Positions 25,545 to 39,200 of a stretch of DNA of 64,000 nt are shown piece after piece. Below the pieces are notes generated by a model. The model was not told the DNA's origin. It saw only the letters and a program-made list of their open reading frames with translations, and did no database searches. Where the stretch lies: assembly GCA_023213395.1 (NCBI GenBank), contig CM041465.1:196299741-196363740 (forward strand), read 5' to 3'. The first letter of the stretch is position 1. Every line of letters begins with the position of its first letter. This DNA is from Cycas panzhihuaensis (taxonomy: Eukaryota; Plantae; Cycadophyta). The position numbers were made by a program, and so were the translations under genes.

Positions 25545-28500
25545 AGATTGATAATGAATTAGACATTATTTTCTAGAAAAAAAGGGTATTAATTAGGTCA
25601 CAATGACTTCCGAAGTGAGTGATGTTATGATATATAAGTTGAACGATATTGAATCATGGATATAAGCCTAATCACCCTATAATGGCAATGATTTATGGAT
25701 TGTTGCCAATTATATGAAGTTAACATAGAAGTTTTAGGAATGTCCATGAGAGAAACTATTGAGATGATTTAGAACTTTAAGAAATTCCAATGTTAGATGT
25801 AGAGTAAAGCACCTCATGTAGTCAATTATTCCATGAAAGGATGCTGGTAAGTCTATGAAACCCAAAAAATTATGCTTAACAATTGTGATTACAGAGTGTT
25901 AGAAGAAGGCACTTATGGAGCCAAATACTCAAAAGAAGAAAAATGTTAAAACATTAAAGGTAAATAAAGAGATCTACAACTGAGATAATGGAAAAACCTA
26001 TAAGAACCATTTGTTGAAACCTTGGGTCAAGTTGAAGTAGTTTCATGGATAATTGTAGCTTATTTTTAGAGGTCATTATGTATTCCTTATATTTAGAACT
26101 CACTACTAGTGTGAATTTAGAGAAGAGGAGAAAAAAATACATTTATTAGTTTATTCATTAATGGTTTAAATTTGTGAGGGAGTTATTGAAGAGAGAATTG
26201 CTGGAACTCAGCTTGAAAAACTTCCAAAAAAATAATTATTATAAAAATCATATTTATAGTAACTATCTTGTGGAGTGGTCATGCACAATACTATAAAATA
26301 TCTAGCCCTATGTAGAGATATATAAATTAAATGGCATTTAGTAGTTGCAACTATGTTGGCTCAATGAATGGAATCCATGTCATTTGGGGTGTCTTCATCT
26401 CATATTTCTCTTAACAACCAACCTAAATAGTAGGTGTCTTTATCATGAGCCCAAGGGCATTTATAAAGAAGAATGATATGTCTCCATTCAAACCTAGAAG
26501 TGACTATTACTGAGAGAGGAGCCCCACTATGGAGTATTAAAAAAAGATAAAAAAAGTTTCATAGAGGAGCCCTATCATAAAGCATTTGTAGTAGTTGAGG
26601 GTGGATAAGACAAAGTTGTCATAGTAATTGGAAGCTAAGAAAGGAGATTATATGGTAGATTGCAGAAGGCATAACAAAGCGTTACAATGGTACCTAGATG
26701 TAGAGATATATAAATGTTTATCAAAATCATAAGCCTGCCACCATGAAGAAGAAAAACATATAGCTACGTCAGATATGAAACCTTATGAATCATGGTGGTA
26801 AACATTTGAAAATACTTTTTAATATATATTGTTTCTATTTTTTTTAATAAAATTTAATTAAATTGAATTACAATTTGAAGTCTACCTCAACCCCCAAAGA
26901 TAATAAGAAAAACCAAGACCTTAATTAAAAAAGAGCTAAATGTCAAATTAATAGGCCTAATGCCAAATTTCCATACCCACCTATACTATTTTTCTTATAA
27001 CTTTTACATATATACTCAGATTTGAATTTTATTAAATTCATTAGAAGACTTATTTTGATGCCTTTGAAAAAGTGGTTGCAAGGTTATATTGGGTTTTGAT
27101 TTATGACACTCTTTTAAGGTCAAAATTAAGGCAAGTGGTGAAGAGACCTTTAGTGAGTTTATTTTTTAAAATAATTTTCAACATATTTACACTTGAAATT
27201 GTAAGAATATTAGTTTTAATTAGTAACTGCTTTGCGAGAGCCTATTTTATAAGAAATATATGTTGTTAAATGATACACAAATGCTAGAATATATTTTTCA
27301 TTTATGGTAACTAGTTAAATGCTTTAATTAGACCTTTCATTTAGTTTCATCAATTGAAATTGTATAATGGATTCACAATTTGGATATCCTATATAGATGA
27401 CAATAGGAATTACAATAAATTACATAAGGTTAGTAATGATTAGTTACTAAATACAAATGCTTTATTAATATAGTTAGTTTATAGGTGGACACCTAAGACA
27501 TCAATCACTTTGTGAGGTCATAAAGTTAATGTTATGAGTCTAAGCAAGGTGAAGATACGTTTTCTATCAAGACTTAGAGAAGATAAATAAACACAAAATG
27601 AAGAAAACATGAAGTAGTTTAAAGACAAAGATAAAGTCTAGTGATGTGACAAGATAAAAGAAGATTAAATCTTAGAAGAAAAGTGTTGAAGAATAATGTT
27701 TTCCTTATGGTTAATCCATGATTATTATAATAGTCATCCCTTAAAGTATTTTGCATAACCATCTTAAAGATATATATATATATAGTTATTAATTTGTGAG
27801 CATTATTAAAATGTGTGTTTTATTGAGAAGAGTACATTAGAGTTGTGCCTTGATGATGTGGTAGAGATTTATGAGGAGAAGACATAAATGCAAGTAAACA
27901 TAGAGATCTGTTATGGAAATGCTCATTTGGTGGATAGTGAGCATGTGTGTGAGGAAGAGGAGGAGCATGCAAAAGCATATGAGGTTGTCAATGAAGAAGA
28001 AGTAGATGAAAAAGAGGAGAAATTATAGACCATAAGTGGGTAGAAGGAGAGAAGGACTAGATGCAAAAGAATGCAATTGTGGAGACTTTATATATATGTT
28101 TGGAGGACTATGAAGTGAAGGAGTTGGTTGGGGAGAGGCTTACCATAATGAGAGAGAAGATCTTCTTAGTGAATAAATCAAATAGGTGAATTATTGATGA
28201 GAGAAACTAGAATGGGTAAATAAACATTCTAGCTAGATATGTGATGAAGTATAAGAAGGAGAAGAAGAATTTGGAGAGAAAACCTAAAATCACATTTTAT
28301 TACATGGAATTTAGCACTGAGGGTACTATGGTGGCTTTAGAGAAGGCAAAAAAGAAAGAGGAGATGTAGGAATAGAATTCAGTGAGGGCATGAATTATTA
28401 AAGCAATATATAAAATTAATAATGTTAGCTTAGCTAGTATTAGAGAATTCTATTAAGGGGAGTAAATAAAAGCATTGCAGTATTGTTTTGGAGGTCGTGC

Positions 28501-30636
28501 AATTTTGGAAAATGAGGAATGGAAAGGAGTTCTGGTATATACAATCCACAAGTAATATGAAGATTAAGTAGAAGGGCTTGAAGGTAGTTGAAGATTATGA
28601 GTTGAAAAGAGAAATGCTTATGTAGTATTTTGAAGTTGTATTTAATCCTACAAGATCAACTTTCTTTTTAAAAATATAAAAAAGGATGTGATAACTGCAA
28701 ATAGAAGAGTCTATAATGATGAAAATATTTGTGTTGTTTTGTTTTTTGATCTTATTCATTTGTAGGTTTTAAAGTTGTCATAGGATAGAGGTGTCAATTA
28801 CCTATGAGGAAGATGTAGTAGAAGATATTTTTTAAGATGAAATACATAAGGAGGATGACTAGGCATAGTAAAAGCATAGTAGAAAGATGTGAAACATTTG
28901 AGCAGGAGCTCAAATTTTTATAACAATGGGAAAATGATATAGAATTATCCCTGCAACTACAAGTATTCATAAACTACTTAGTAGAGTTTTAGAACTAGGT
29001 AAACTCATGGGATTAGACATTGCAAGCATGAGCATCATAAGAGGTGAGTTGAGTAAGAAGTGAAGTTGTGAGGGATAAAGAACTCATAACTTATTATTAT
29101 GAGTTGGAAAAGAGGTCATGACCAAATGAAAGTTGCAAGACAAAAGGAAGAGTTATCTCATAACTCACAAATTATAAAGTTAGTAGGGTACATCGAATAC
29201 GAGTTTTATAGTGCAAGTTTTTAAGTTGCATCTTGTAATTTTATAAGGAGATATTGGCATGAAGGAGTAGTGGATAATAAGGAAGAGAAATTGGAAGTTG
29301 GGAGATTTGTGGACGGGAAGAGGTATGATAGATTGTGATTGTCAATTAAAAAGGACATGTGGCCTAATATATAGTTATTCATAAGTGGGTCAATCATACA
29401 ATGAAGAGATGAGGAAGATTAGAAGTTATGTAAGTGAAGTGCAATAGAAACACCATTGTTAGATCAAAGGACATGTGGTAATAATCAAGAGGCATCGAGA
29501 AAGGTAGAACAATTAAGTATATGCAACTATGGATGAATAAAGAGTTTGCAAGGAACAACATTGCAAAGGAGCATACATTATCGGATGGAGGACACACATA
29601 GACATTGCAATCTATTCATGAGTGCCTCACAAGGAAGTGAGTTCACAAAGAGAAAGATCTACAATGGGGAAGATTACAATGAGATGATGATTATCAGATA
29701 GAGACACAATATTGAACCTGAATTGTTAAATCAAGAGGTAATAAGTATGGAAAAAATAAAGACTTGTAGAGTAGTAGATAAGTGAATTGTAATGCAAATT
29801 AGAAGTTGACACGTGGCAGACTTCATGGAAGTGTTGACTTATGAAACAAGATGAATAGAGAAGCATACAAAAATATAAAGAGAGTTGAAAGAAGACAAAG
29901 AGGGTAAGCATCATTTAGTAGGGGATTTGCAATTAATGTAGACAATAACAGAGTTATGCCAACCAAATTTAGACACAAGTTCGTAGTGGATGATATTATT
30001 GTATATTAATGATGAAAAGGGTGTCACGTAGAGATAGGGACAACCATACCAAGAGTTAATGATAATCATGCAAGGTAGGTGTTGACTACCACACTAAGGT
30101 TGGTATAAGGAAGATGAAATAACAAAATGAGAGAAAGGGATTGGCTAGAAGGAAAACACACAAAATTTCCAATACAGACAATACATGTAGGAGAAGTTAA
30201 AGAAGAAGAGCTTATCAAAAGTTTAGTAGTGTTGATAAAGGTAGCACTATCTAATTGTAAAACTCAGAGTTAAGTTTAAGTTGATATTATTGTATAATAT
30301 GCCTATTGAAGCATAAAGTATGAGTGTGTAAGAGGAGTTGGAAGCAAAGGAACCTGAAAAGGTAAAGTATTTATTATAAGCCAGAAGGCTATAATATAAT
30401 TATAATATATTCTCATATCTATTGTAAAGTGAACTAGAAACACTGTTATGTTCTTATGGGTTAATGTCAGTATATTTTAAACTTTATTATATAATAGAAA
30501 AGGGTTTAATCCCTTCCATTTATTAAAGATCTTGGTTATGGTGCTCTATATTATGAATTTCTTATGATCTATTAATGCATATTTAATTATGGACTATAAA
30601 CCACCACCACTTAATAGAAAGCACTATATCACAAAA

Positions 30637-31025
30637 GATCTAATACCATTAAGATGATTCTAAGATGCAAAATGAACATAATGCACAAACATAAGAATAT
30701 ATATAACTTAAAGAAAACATGTAATTAATCCATAATCCAAAGCTTACATTCACAAAGGCCCTTATTTATAATTTTACTAGGATGACTACAATTTTCTAAA
30801 GATAACTTCTCATATAAGTGACTTCTTATAGAAGTTATCACTAATAGATTATACATAAAGCTATTGATAACTTCCTTATAAAGTTTCTATGACCTTTAGG
30901 GTTTGTGATGATCTTAACTAGTCACCAATAGAATTTAATATGTGCTCAGCCAATTCAAGAGGACCATTGATTAAGATGTACAAAGTATCCTATAAAAGTC
31001 CAAAAACATAATTATTTGGTTAACA
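30637..31025 (-). repeat. Possible degenerate PBS plus 5' LTR of an unresolved minus-strand element
   Basis: GATCTAATACCA (30637-30648) resembles a reverse-complement iMet PBS and is followed by about 375 bp ending TTAACA. No partner LTR found. Confidence 0.35.
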
Positions 31026-32566
31026 ATTCAATGATATCTAAATTACAATATCCACATGTATTTATATACATCCATGTATCCTTTTATGAATAGATGTGAC
31101 ATTTCAATCATACCCCTAAATAATAAATTAATAAATAATAATTCATTAAGGTCATAATAATATCCTCTTTTTTAGATGATTTACCCTTGAAGCAAATTTT
31201 TAAATGAGAGTCTATTCTTACCTCTCACTAATAAGAGAATGTTATAACCATCCACTTTATGTCTTTGTATTATAGTTATTGGAGCTTTAAGTAGTAGCAA
31301 GTCCTAAAATAGAGGCAGACCTTGATGGGTTTATGATGCTTCAATCATTTAGGACTTCTTTGATAGATGCCCCCTTAAGGATTATTAGATTCCCCTCCAC
31401 TTCTGCCCATTATTTGAGTATTGTTACTAAGGAATCTTCCACTTGATTTTAATATGATATTGTAAATATACACTTAGGTCTAAACAATTATTGTCTTTAA
31501 GATTATTGAACACACTTCTTTGAAAAGTCATTAATGGTATTATTTCAAGCTAACACTCTTGTAAAATATAGTAATTTAGAGGTAAATTATAGGTTTCCTA
31601 ACCTATAATTTAGAGTCAAATTATGAGGTGTGCAATGGTTCAAACTAGAGCATTGTGAAGTGGAGAAGTGGAATGTTTCCCATAGTTGAATAGTTCATAC
31701 TAGAGTGTTGTCCCTTTCATGACTAGAGGAATAGTTTGAATGCCTCTTGTACTTAACTGAAATGATTTTTTTTTTTTAATCTAATATTTTATTTTTTCTA
31801 AGGCTTAAACCTTCATGTATGTGTGTGTATGGCTGTGTGAATTTTAAATGATGCTTAGATTTGGTTGCTCTAACATACAACTAATAGGATGAGGATGAGA
31901 ATGGCGAAGATGCAGTAGTGATGAGAAGTGCTTATGGAGGAAGAATATAGCCTTATATAATAAAGAGATACTTGAGATAACAATAATTTAAAGCTACAAA
32001 ATGTTGCCTAACATACATATGAGGCACTTCCATAAGTAACAGTATAAGTAACATAAGGATGAATGATAATGGTAAAATGAAATATAAATATAAGGGACTT
32101 AAGTAGACAATGACAAATAAATATAAATGGAATACTATGGGATAATTGTAGTTATACAAAGGTAATGAATGGTTCAAAGATATTTTTGTTTCCTCCTCTT
32201 TTTTTTCTTCTTTTTTGTTTTTCTCGTAGTTCAAGTCAAGGTCATTGATCTAATACCACTTATGTTGATCCTAATAAGTCACCATTGGAGTTTCATGTGC
32301 ACTTGGCCAAATCAATTAGACCATTCCCAAAGATATATGAAGTGTCATTTAAATGTTTGAAAACATATATTTAATTTAGTAATAATTCCAAAATATCTGA
32401 ATTATAATCTCCAAACATATGTATACACATCCATGTGTCTCTTCACAAATAGGTATGTCCTTTCAACCATACCTCTTAATAATAAATAAAAAAATAATAA
32501 TAAACTAGGGCCATAACAAGGTCTTTTAGAATACCCTCTCTTGATGCAAAAGGGTTCATAATAATA

Positions 32567-32830
32567 TGTGTGTGCACATATGCATATGTACATATACATG
32601 TGTTTATATGCACACACACACACACACACATGCATAAACATGTGTGTGTGTGTGTGTGTGTGTGTTTGCTAAGTTAAAAAGCATAAAAATGAATACACAC
32701 ACACACACACATACACACATAGAGAGAGAGAGACAGAGGGACACAAAGAGAGTTGTATATGTATATATACCCATAGATAGATAGATAGATGGATAAAGAA
32801 ACAGATAGAGAGATGTATACGTGTGTGTGT
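32567..32830. repeat. Compound microsatellite: (CA)10, (TG)12, further (CA)n, (GA)n, (GATA)n
   Basis: Directly visible. Confidence 0.95.
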
Positions 32831-32870
32831 CCATCTGCTAAGTTAAAAATCATAGGACTCAAATGCCTCT

Positions 32871-33171
32871 ATAACTTAGCTATGGTTAAGTCATGATAAG
32901 TTTGGCATTAGAACAATAAGGGCAATAAAATGAAATAAGATAGATAGAATGGAAGCAACAAGTAAAACAATGTGAAATAGCTTTGAACAAATAGGATAAA
33001 ATGGAATAATGGATAGATTATAACTTAGCTATGGTTAAGTTATACGAAGTTTGGAATTAGAATGACAAGGGTAGTAGAATGAAATAAGATAGGTAAAATG
33101 GAAGCAACAAATAAAACAAGGTGAAATAGTTTTTAACAAATAAGATAAAATGGTGGAAATGCAATAGAAAG
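32871..33171 (+). repeat. Tandem duplication, 2 x ~149 bp
   Basis: ATAACTTAGCTATGGTTAAGT starts at 32871 and 33020, and the downstream sequences align. Confidence 0.9.
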
Positions 33172-34525
33172 ATAACTCAAAGATGCTTCCAATGAATTTG
33201 GTCCAAAGTGATTTGGACCTTTGTTACATCTATAGTGACCTTTAGAAGTTGATAGAAAAGTTAACATTTTAGGATAATAAAAATACCTCTTACAAAAATA
33301 ATGATAACATTTTCTCTTGATGTCGAATTTGAGTAAAACCCTTTTTAATGGCAAGTACATTGTATTTATTTGATAGAATCAATATTCACCCTTAGATTTA
33401 AGATTTTTTTTTTTTTTTTACAAGTAAAATCTCCATAAAGTGTGGTTGATCCTTCAACATAAGATGCCATAAGATAGGGGAAACTATTTTGTCAAAATCA
33501 CCCAGGGCTTACACTTGGTCCCACTTGCTTTGAAGAAACCAATAGAGCACAACTTCACACACTTTGAAAGCATGAAGGTATATAAAAGCCTAACAAAAAT
33601 ACATAATATCTATCTCTTCAAGAAAGACCACATCCTACCACCACTAGCACACTTTTTTATAAAAAATTCATACAACAGAACTGTCATAAACCCATGAAAT
33701 CTTATGTTTGAAACTATTATAAGCTTATTGAAATCTCACATCTAAGAGAAACATGCCATGCTGCCTCCAACATAACTGCCTCAAGCTTGGACTCCTAAGT
33801 TTCACATCCCGATTCAAAATGCCACAAGCCATGCCACCTTATCAACAATCCTCAGGCACAAACCCAAAGATTACAACTAGTGAAGCCACCTATTATCTAC
33901 ACTTACGCATGCAAGCTAGAAACTTTGAAGAACACCAGTGCCCGTAAACACCTAGATCATCAAAAGGCATACCTAAGTATATAACTAATACTAAAAAAAT
34001 TATTTATCATTATAGAGATTCTCAGCACTCTTATCTAACATCAAGATAGTTATTTGGACATACACAAAAGGTCTGTGTCCAATAGGGAGAACAGGGTAGT
34101 AATTATTGTTGACCCATCTTAATTAGTCTTGCATTATCCATCAAATGACAGCTAATAGGACATCTAATATGTCCAATGAATCTTCTGATCTTAGATTGTC
34201 AGATGTTAAAATATGAACAACATCAGTAGCCATAATCCTCTATCCCTATCTCTTCCATAACCAAATATAGTAATTATCCATGGTGATCCCAACTCCTTTA
34301 TTATGTCAAGTAGCCTCCCTAATCCACCTGGAATATATGCATAATCTACAATTATAACAAATACTTGCTCCTTATCTATTAATTCACATGTACTAGGAAT
34401 TACAATAACATCGTTGCATTCCTAAACTCTATCATCTAATGGTGTATCAAGAATATAAATAGCAGTAGCATATAGTGACAAGTATCAACCCTCTTGAAGC
34501 CTATGTAGTCATCTACCCCTAACAC

Positions 34526-35518
34526 CTTGGGGCTAGAATTTAACTCATCCCAAGACTCCATCCATGTAACCATAACATTTGCTAGCTTCTCAAAGTACTA
34601 AACTACTTTCCCAAGCTTATCTTTCACCTATGTTGATGACTCAATGTAGTGTTGAACAATGATACAATCCTTAAGAAGAACAATTGATTAGAAGTATGGA
34701 ATGGCCTCTTCCTACTAAAATATTCCCTTACCCTTTCTTCAAGTTAACAAATAGGTTGGTCACTTTGTTATCCCAAATAGATAGCAAGTACATCTTCCCT
34801 TACAACCCTAAGCGGTCGCAAATCACCTTCATGCACCACCCTACCCACATGTCATTATAGCAACCAAAAGGCTAGCCATAACCCATTAAACCAAAGTACA
34901 TTGATAGACCTATCAACACTCGGTAGAAGGCCAGATTCATTCCACGTATAGGAAACAATGTTCCCTTTGGGATTGTAAGTGCAGCATTAACGTAACTTGT
35001 ATTGCATTCCATTGGCTTCATGAGTTATCATCCAAAGCCCATGAGAAACAGTCATAGGAACACCTTGACCTAGGCTAAAAGGATAACCCCTTACAAAATC
35101 TGCACCTTTGTGGTATGGATCATTGAAAATAATAAAGAAGAATGGCACTGATGGGAATGACAAATTCTTTATGAGTTGTTGCAATGTATAGATCTCTTTC
35201 CTTAATGGATCGTTCGCTATAGAGTAGTCATCATTAATGTTGTAGATGTATTTCTTCTTGGAGACCATAAGATCAAAGAAGTGATAGGCATTGCACTTAA
35301 AAGAAACACAAGAAGCCTTGGGGCCAAGAATTCAACTAATATTGATGTGATGTAGTCAAATCCTTTGGGGACCTTAATAACATTGGAAGGATCTTCATCC
35401 TAAATAATAATCAAATGATAGTTATGGAAAAAGTCATTGACATCTTTAAGAAATCAAGGTTTCGAATGGTGGGTATCATGATGTCGAGCTCATCCTTCAA
35501 AATGGGGGTCTCACACAT
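34526..35518 (-). pseudogene. RGP: Intronless, probably processed, pseudogene of reversibly glycosylated polypeptide / UDP-arabinopyranose mutase
   Basis: Minus-strand translation across frameshifts: [26 protein letters not shown]...[12 protein letters not shown]...[15 protein letters not shown]...[28 protein letters not shown]...[18 protein letters not shown]...[32 protein letters not shown]...FVNLKK...KGIF**EEAIPYF...YFEKLANVMVTWMESWDELN. This is collinear with essentially the whole RGP protein in about 1 kb, with many stops and small deletions. Confidence 0.93.
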
Positions 35519-35894
35519 AATTCCACCATATCATATCAAATTTGAGTTAAGTATAGGGTCCACAAAAATCCCTCACTCTAAATAAAGGTTTAGTTAACCC
35601 ATTAAGGAGAAAAATGGACAAATGATCTTGATCAAGTCATATATCAAATAATCAAATAGCTCCAGTTGGATGTAACACACTAAAAAACCACCCACGAATG
35701 AATCATCCTATCCTTACACCACTTGTGCCTCCTCAACATGATCAAGCCATGATGTATATTTGCCACTTGGCCACTTTATTTGATGACTAGTTAACTTATT
35801 CATTGCATCATAATAAACCTTGCAACAAGCCACTATTAAACCCACTGATTCTCCTTTAGGCATCACAATCCTATCACCTTCACCTAAAATAATT

Positions 35895-36254
35895 TGATGG
35901 AAGCGAGGTGTAGAGCAGGACCATTTATAATGGTGAGTGCATAGTTTGTAAATGAAAGTTAATATCTGCGATCAAAACTTTGGTGGTGTTAAAAAATACC
36001 AAGGAGGTATTCCCACCCCTTTTATAGGCAGTTTTGGAGAGGCGACAAGCACCTCAATCTGATATATTGGAAATTCAAAATAATATTAAAAAATAATATG
36101 CAATAATTAAACACGTACTTAATAGTGATGCGTCAGCTTCTTTGGAGACTAGTAGCAGTTGTTATATGGCCTAAAGTGACCTAAGGAGGCCCAAGGTGGC
36201 CTTGATGGGCTCTAGGTGCACGTTGTCATAGGTGCACTGGGTATTATCCCAACA
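35895..36254 (-). repeat. 3' LTR of copia element
   Basis: Direct repeat of 43474-43834 with adjacent PPT. Confidence 0.92.
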
Positions 36255-36263
36255 TTCTCCCCC

Positions 36264-39200
36264 ATGATGCCCAATGTGAATAACTCCCAAATTTTCTCTA
36301 AATTTCTAAAATTTGATTTTGCCTAATACTTTTATGAAGATATCCACTTCTTGGTCTTCGGTACTGCAATAAGTCAATTCAATCTCTTCTGCTTGCACTA
36401 ACTCTCAAATGATGTGATGTTGGGTCTCAATGTGTTTTGTTCTACCATGAAAAACTAGATTCTTTGCCATTTGAATAGTACTATGATCATCACACCAAAT
36501 TCTTATGGGACCTTTTTGTTTTAGCTAAAAATCTTAGAAAAATCTTCTCGATTGTGTTGATTCACATGCACCTGCAACCGCTACTTTATACTATGCCTCC
36601 ACCGTAGATAAGAAAATTATGTTTTGTTTCTTGGTACTCCATGCTATAGCTTCTGATTCTATACTAAATATATCTCCTAAGGTTGATTTCCTGTCATCGA
36701 TGTTTTCTGCCTAATTTGAGTCTATATAACCTATCAACTAGAATTTTGATGAGGCTTTATAGTATAACCCATATTCTAAAGTTCCTTTGAGATAACAAAA
36801 AATTATTTTGGTTGCTTACCAATGAGTGGTCTTTAGATCTTGTATGAATCTAGACACAACACTAACTGAATGTGTTACGTCAGGTCGAGTGGATGTTAAA
36901 TATATCAAGTTGCTGATTAGTTGTCTGTAGAGTGTAGGGTCGACTAGTGTAGAATCATTTGACTTGGAGAGCTTAATTCTAATTTCAACTGGAGTTGCCA
37001 AATATTTACAATCGGTCATCCTGAACTTTTGTAATAAATCCAAGGTATATTTTCATTGGAAAATGAATATGCCCTTCTTGTCTTGCCATACTTCTAAGCC
37101 TAGTAAGTAATACATTTGTCCTAAATCTGTTATTTCAAACTTTTTATACATAGCATCCTTAAAGTGTCACAACAAGTGGGAGTCATTTTCAGTATAAACA
37201 AGACCATCCACATAAAGTCCTACTATTAGGATAGAGTCTCCCTTGATTTGAATGTAAAGATTAGAATCTATTTGAGATATTTTAAAGCCTTGATCTCTAA
37301 AGTATTTGTCTATGCGGGAATACCAGGCCCTGGGTGCTTGTTTTAATTTGTAGAGTGCCTTTTAAGTTTGTACACTTTGTTTTCTACCCTGCTGACTTAA
37401 AAACTAAGGGGTTGAGTGACATAAATATATTCTTTAATATAATCATTGATGAAGTCACTCTTAATGTCCATTTGATAGACTTTCTATCCCATTTTGGTGG
37501 CTAAACTCATCATCATTCTAACTGCTTCCATCCTAGCAACAGTGGCAAAAGTTTCATTGTAGTTAATGCCTTCTTTTTGGGCATAACCCTTAGCAACCAG
37601 TCTAGCCTTGTATTTATTAATTGATCCATCCAAGCAAAACTTAGTTTTGTAGATCCATTTGGTGCTAATAGCCTTTTTATTTGGAGGTAAAGTGACCAAT
37701 TCCCAAGTGTTATTTTTAACAATGGAATGGTATTCATCTTCCATCGCCTTTCTCCAGGATACATGTTCATTGGTCTCATCAAAAGTTTGAGGCTCATGGG
37801 ATTCCAATACTTTACTCATAAGGGCAAAATTAACCCTATGTGAGCATATGGATCTATGAGTGTTGTCCAATATGTTACCTACATCATGATTCCATTGAAC
37901 CTATTTTGAAAGATTTTGTGGTGGAGGTTGAGAGGAGGTTCCCTCCTCACTAGGTTTCTTAATGACTCTTTTAGAGTTAAACATAGGAGGCACATACTTA
38001 GATTTAAAGGATTTATCAAAATTGATTACAACTTCTTTCTTCTTTTCTTGAATATCTTGATAATAAGCATCCTCCTAGAATTTAACATCTTTACTTAACA
38101 TGACCCTTTTTAACTTAGGATCATAAAGTTTTGCTATATCCAAGGAATATACATTTGATGCTATGATCATCTAACTTGGATCTCCTTTAATAAAGAACAT
38201 GAGCATATACTAGGCACCCAAAGACTCTAAGGTGATGTATGCTTAGTTTGTAGCCGGTCCAAGCTTCTTCAGGTGTTTTTCACTTTAGGGCTTTCATGGA
38301 ATACCTGTTGAGGAGATAGATAGTTATATGTACCACTTCTTCCTAAAATTCATGACCCAGATTCTTATCATTTAACAAGCACCTAGCCATTTCGACTATT
38401 GTGCGATTCTTCCTCTCTGCTACATTGTTTTACTGTGGAATGTAGGGGTTAGTGAGTTGCCTTCTAATTCTATGATGAATACAATATGATTTAAATTCAT
38501 TGTAGATAAATTCTCCCCTATTGTCTGATCTTAGAAATAGTAGCTTATATTCACTTTGTCGCTCCACAAAGGTTTTGAAGTTAACAAAGTGTTGAAATAC
38601 ATCTGATTTAAATCTAAAGAAGAATACCCATATCTTCCTAGTGTAATCATCAATGGACGTGATGAAGTAGCGATCTCCTACTAATGAGGGGATATCCATT
38701 GGACCGCATATATCTATATATACCAACTGAAGTAGATCGTTATCCAATGACTGAAGTCTGAAAAGCTTTCCCTATGTTATTTACCAAGTAAGCATCCTTC
38801 GTTCTGTCTACTTCGATATTTGGCAACCCATTTACTATATTCAGTCTTTTCATAAGGTCTAAACTATTATAATTAAGATGCTTAAATCTCCTATACCATA
38901 ATTCACTATCCACTTTGATTGTAGTTTTTAGGGCATGGGTATCTGAAGGAGTAAGAATGAGTTTGAATAATCTATCTTTGGTCATTTTTCCTTTTACTAC
39001 TATAGCCTTATTCCTCCTTTTGTCCTTGATTGGGCACTCACCATTATCAAATATAACCTTGTAGTCTTATCTCATCATCTACCCTATTGATAATAAGTTT
39101 TTCTTTAAGGCTAGAACATATAAGGTATCATCAAGATGTCTATATTCTCCTACATCTGTCATGAGGGCTATATTACCTCTAGTAACTGATTCGTGGGATG

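Larger units (their letters stand above)
14600..25575 (-). mobile_element. Decayed copia-derived LTR element (minus strand), interrupted by two insertions
   Basis: 14840-15074 aligns with 22382-22587 plus 25550-25575. The first copy ends CTAACA and abuts CATCCCCTTAA, a minus-strand PPT. Only faint gag/protease-like traces at about 16830-17230. Left boundary is approximate. Confidence 0.6.
13764..27825 (+). mobile_element. Putative very old LTR element hosting a nest of younger insertions; 3' LTR truncated
   Basis: LTR-like 13764-14162 ends CTAACA and is followed by degenerate PBS AGGTATTAAACC. Its first ~140 bp align with 27684-27825, which starts TGTTG after a purine tract. A possible copia RNase H trace (LKGYMEDDW) lies at about 14425. 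No TSD can be checked. Confidence 0.5.

Noticed and set aside
20381-26890. Inverted ~36-bp similarity (GGTAGACTT...AATT) as DNA-transposon TIRs
   Set aside because: The match is short and AT-rich, there is no TSD, and the copies sit in different nested elements.
32402-32862. ORFs with CVCV/THTH runs
   Set aside because: These are translations of microsatellites.
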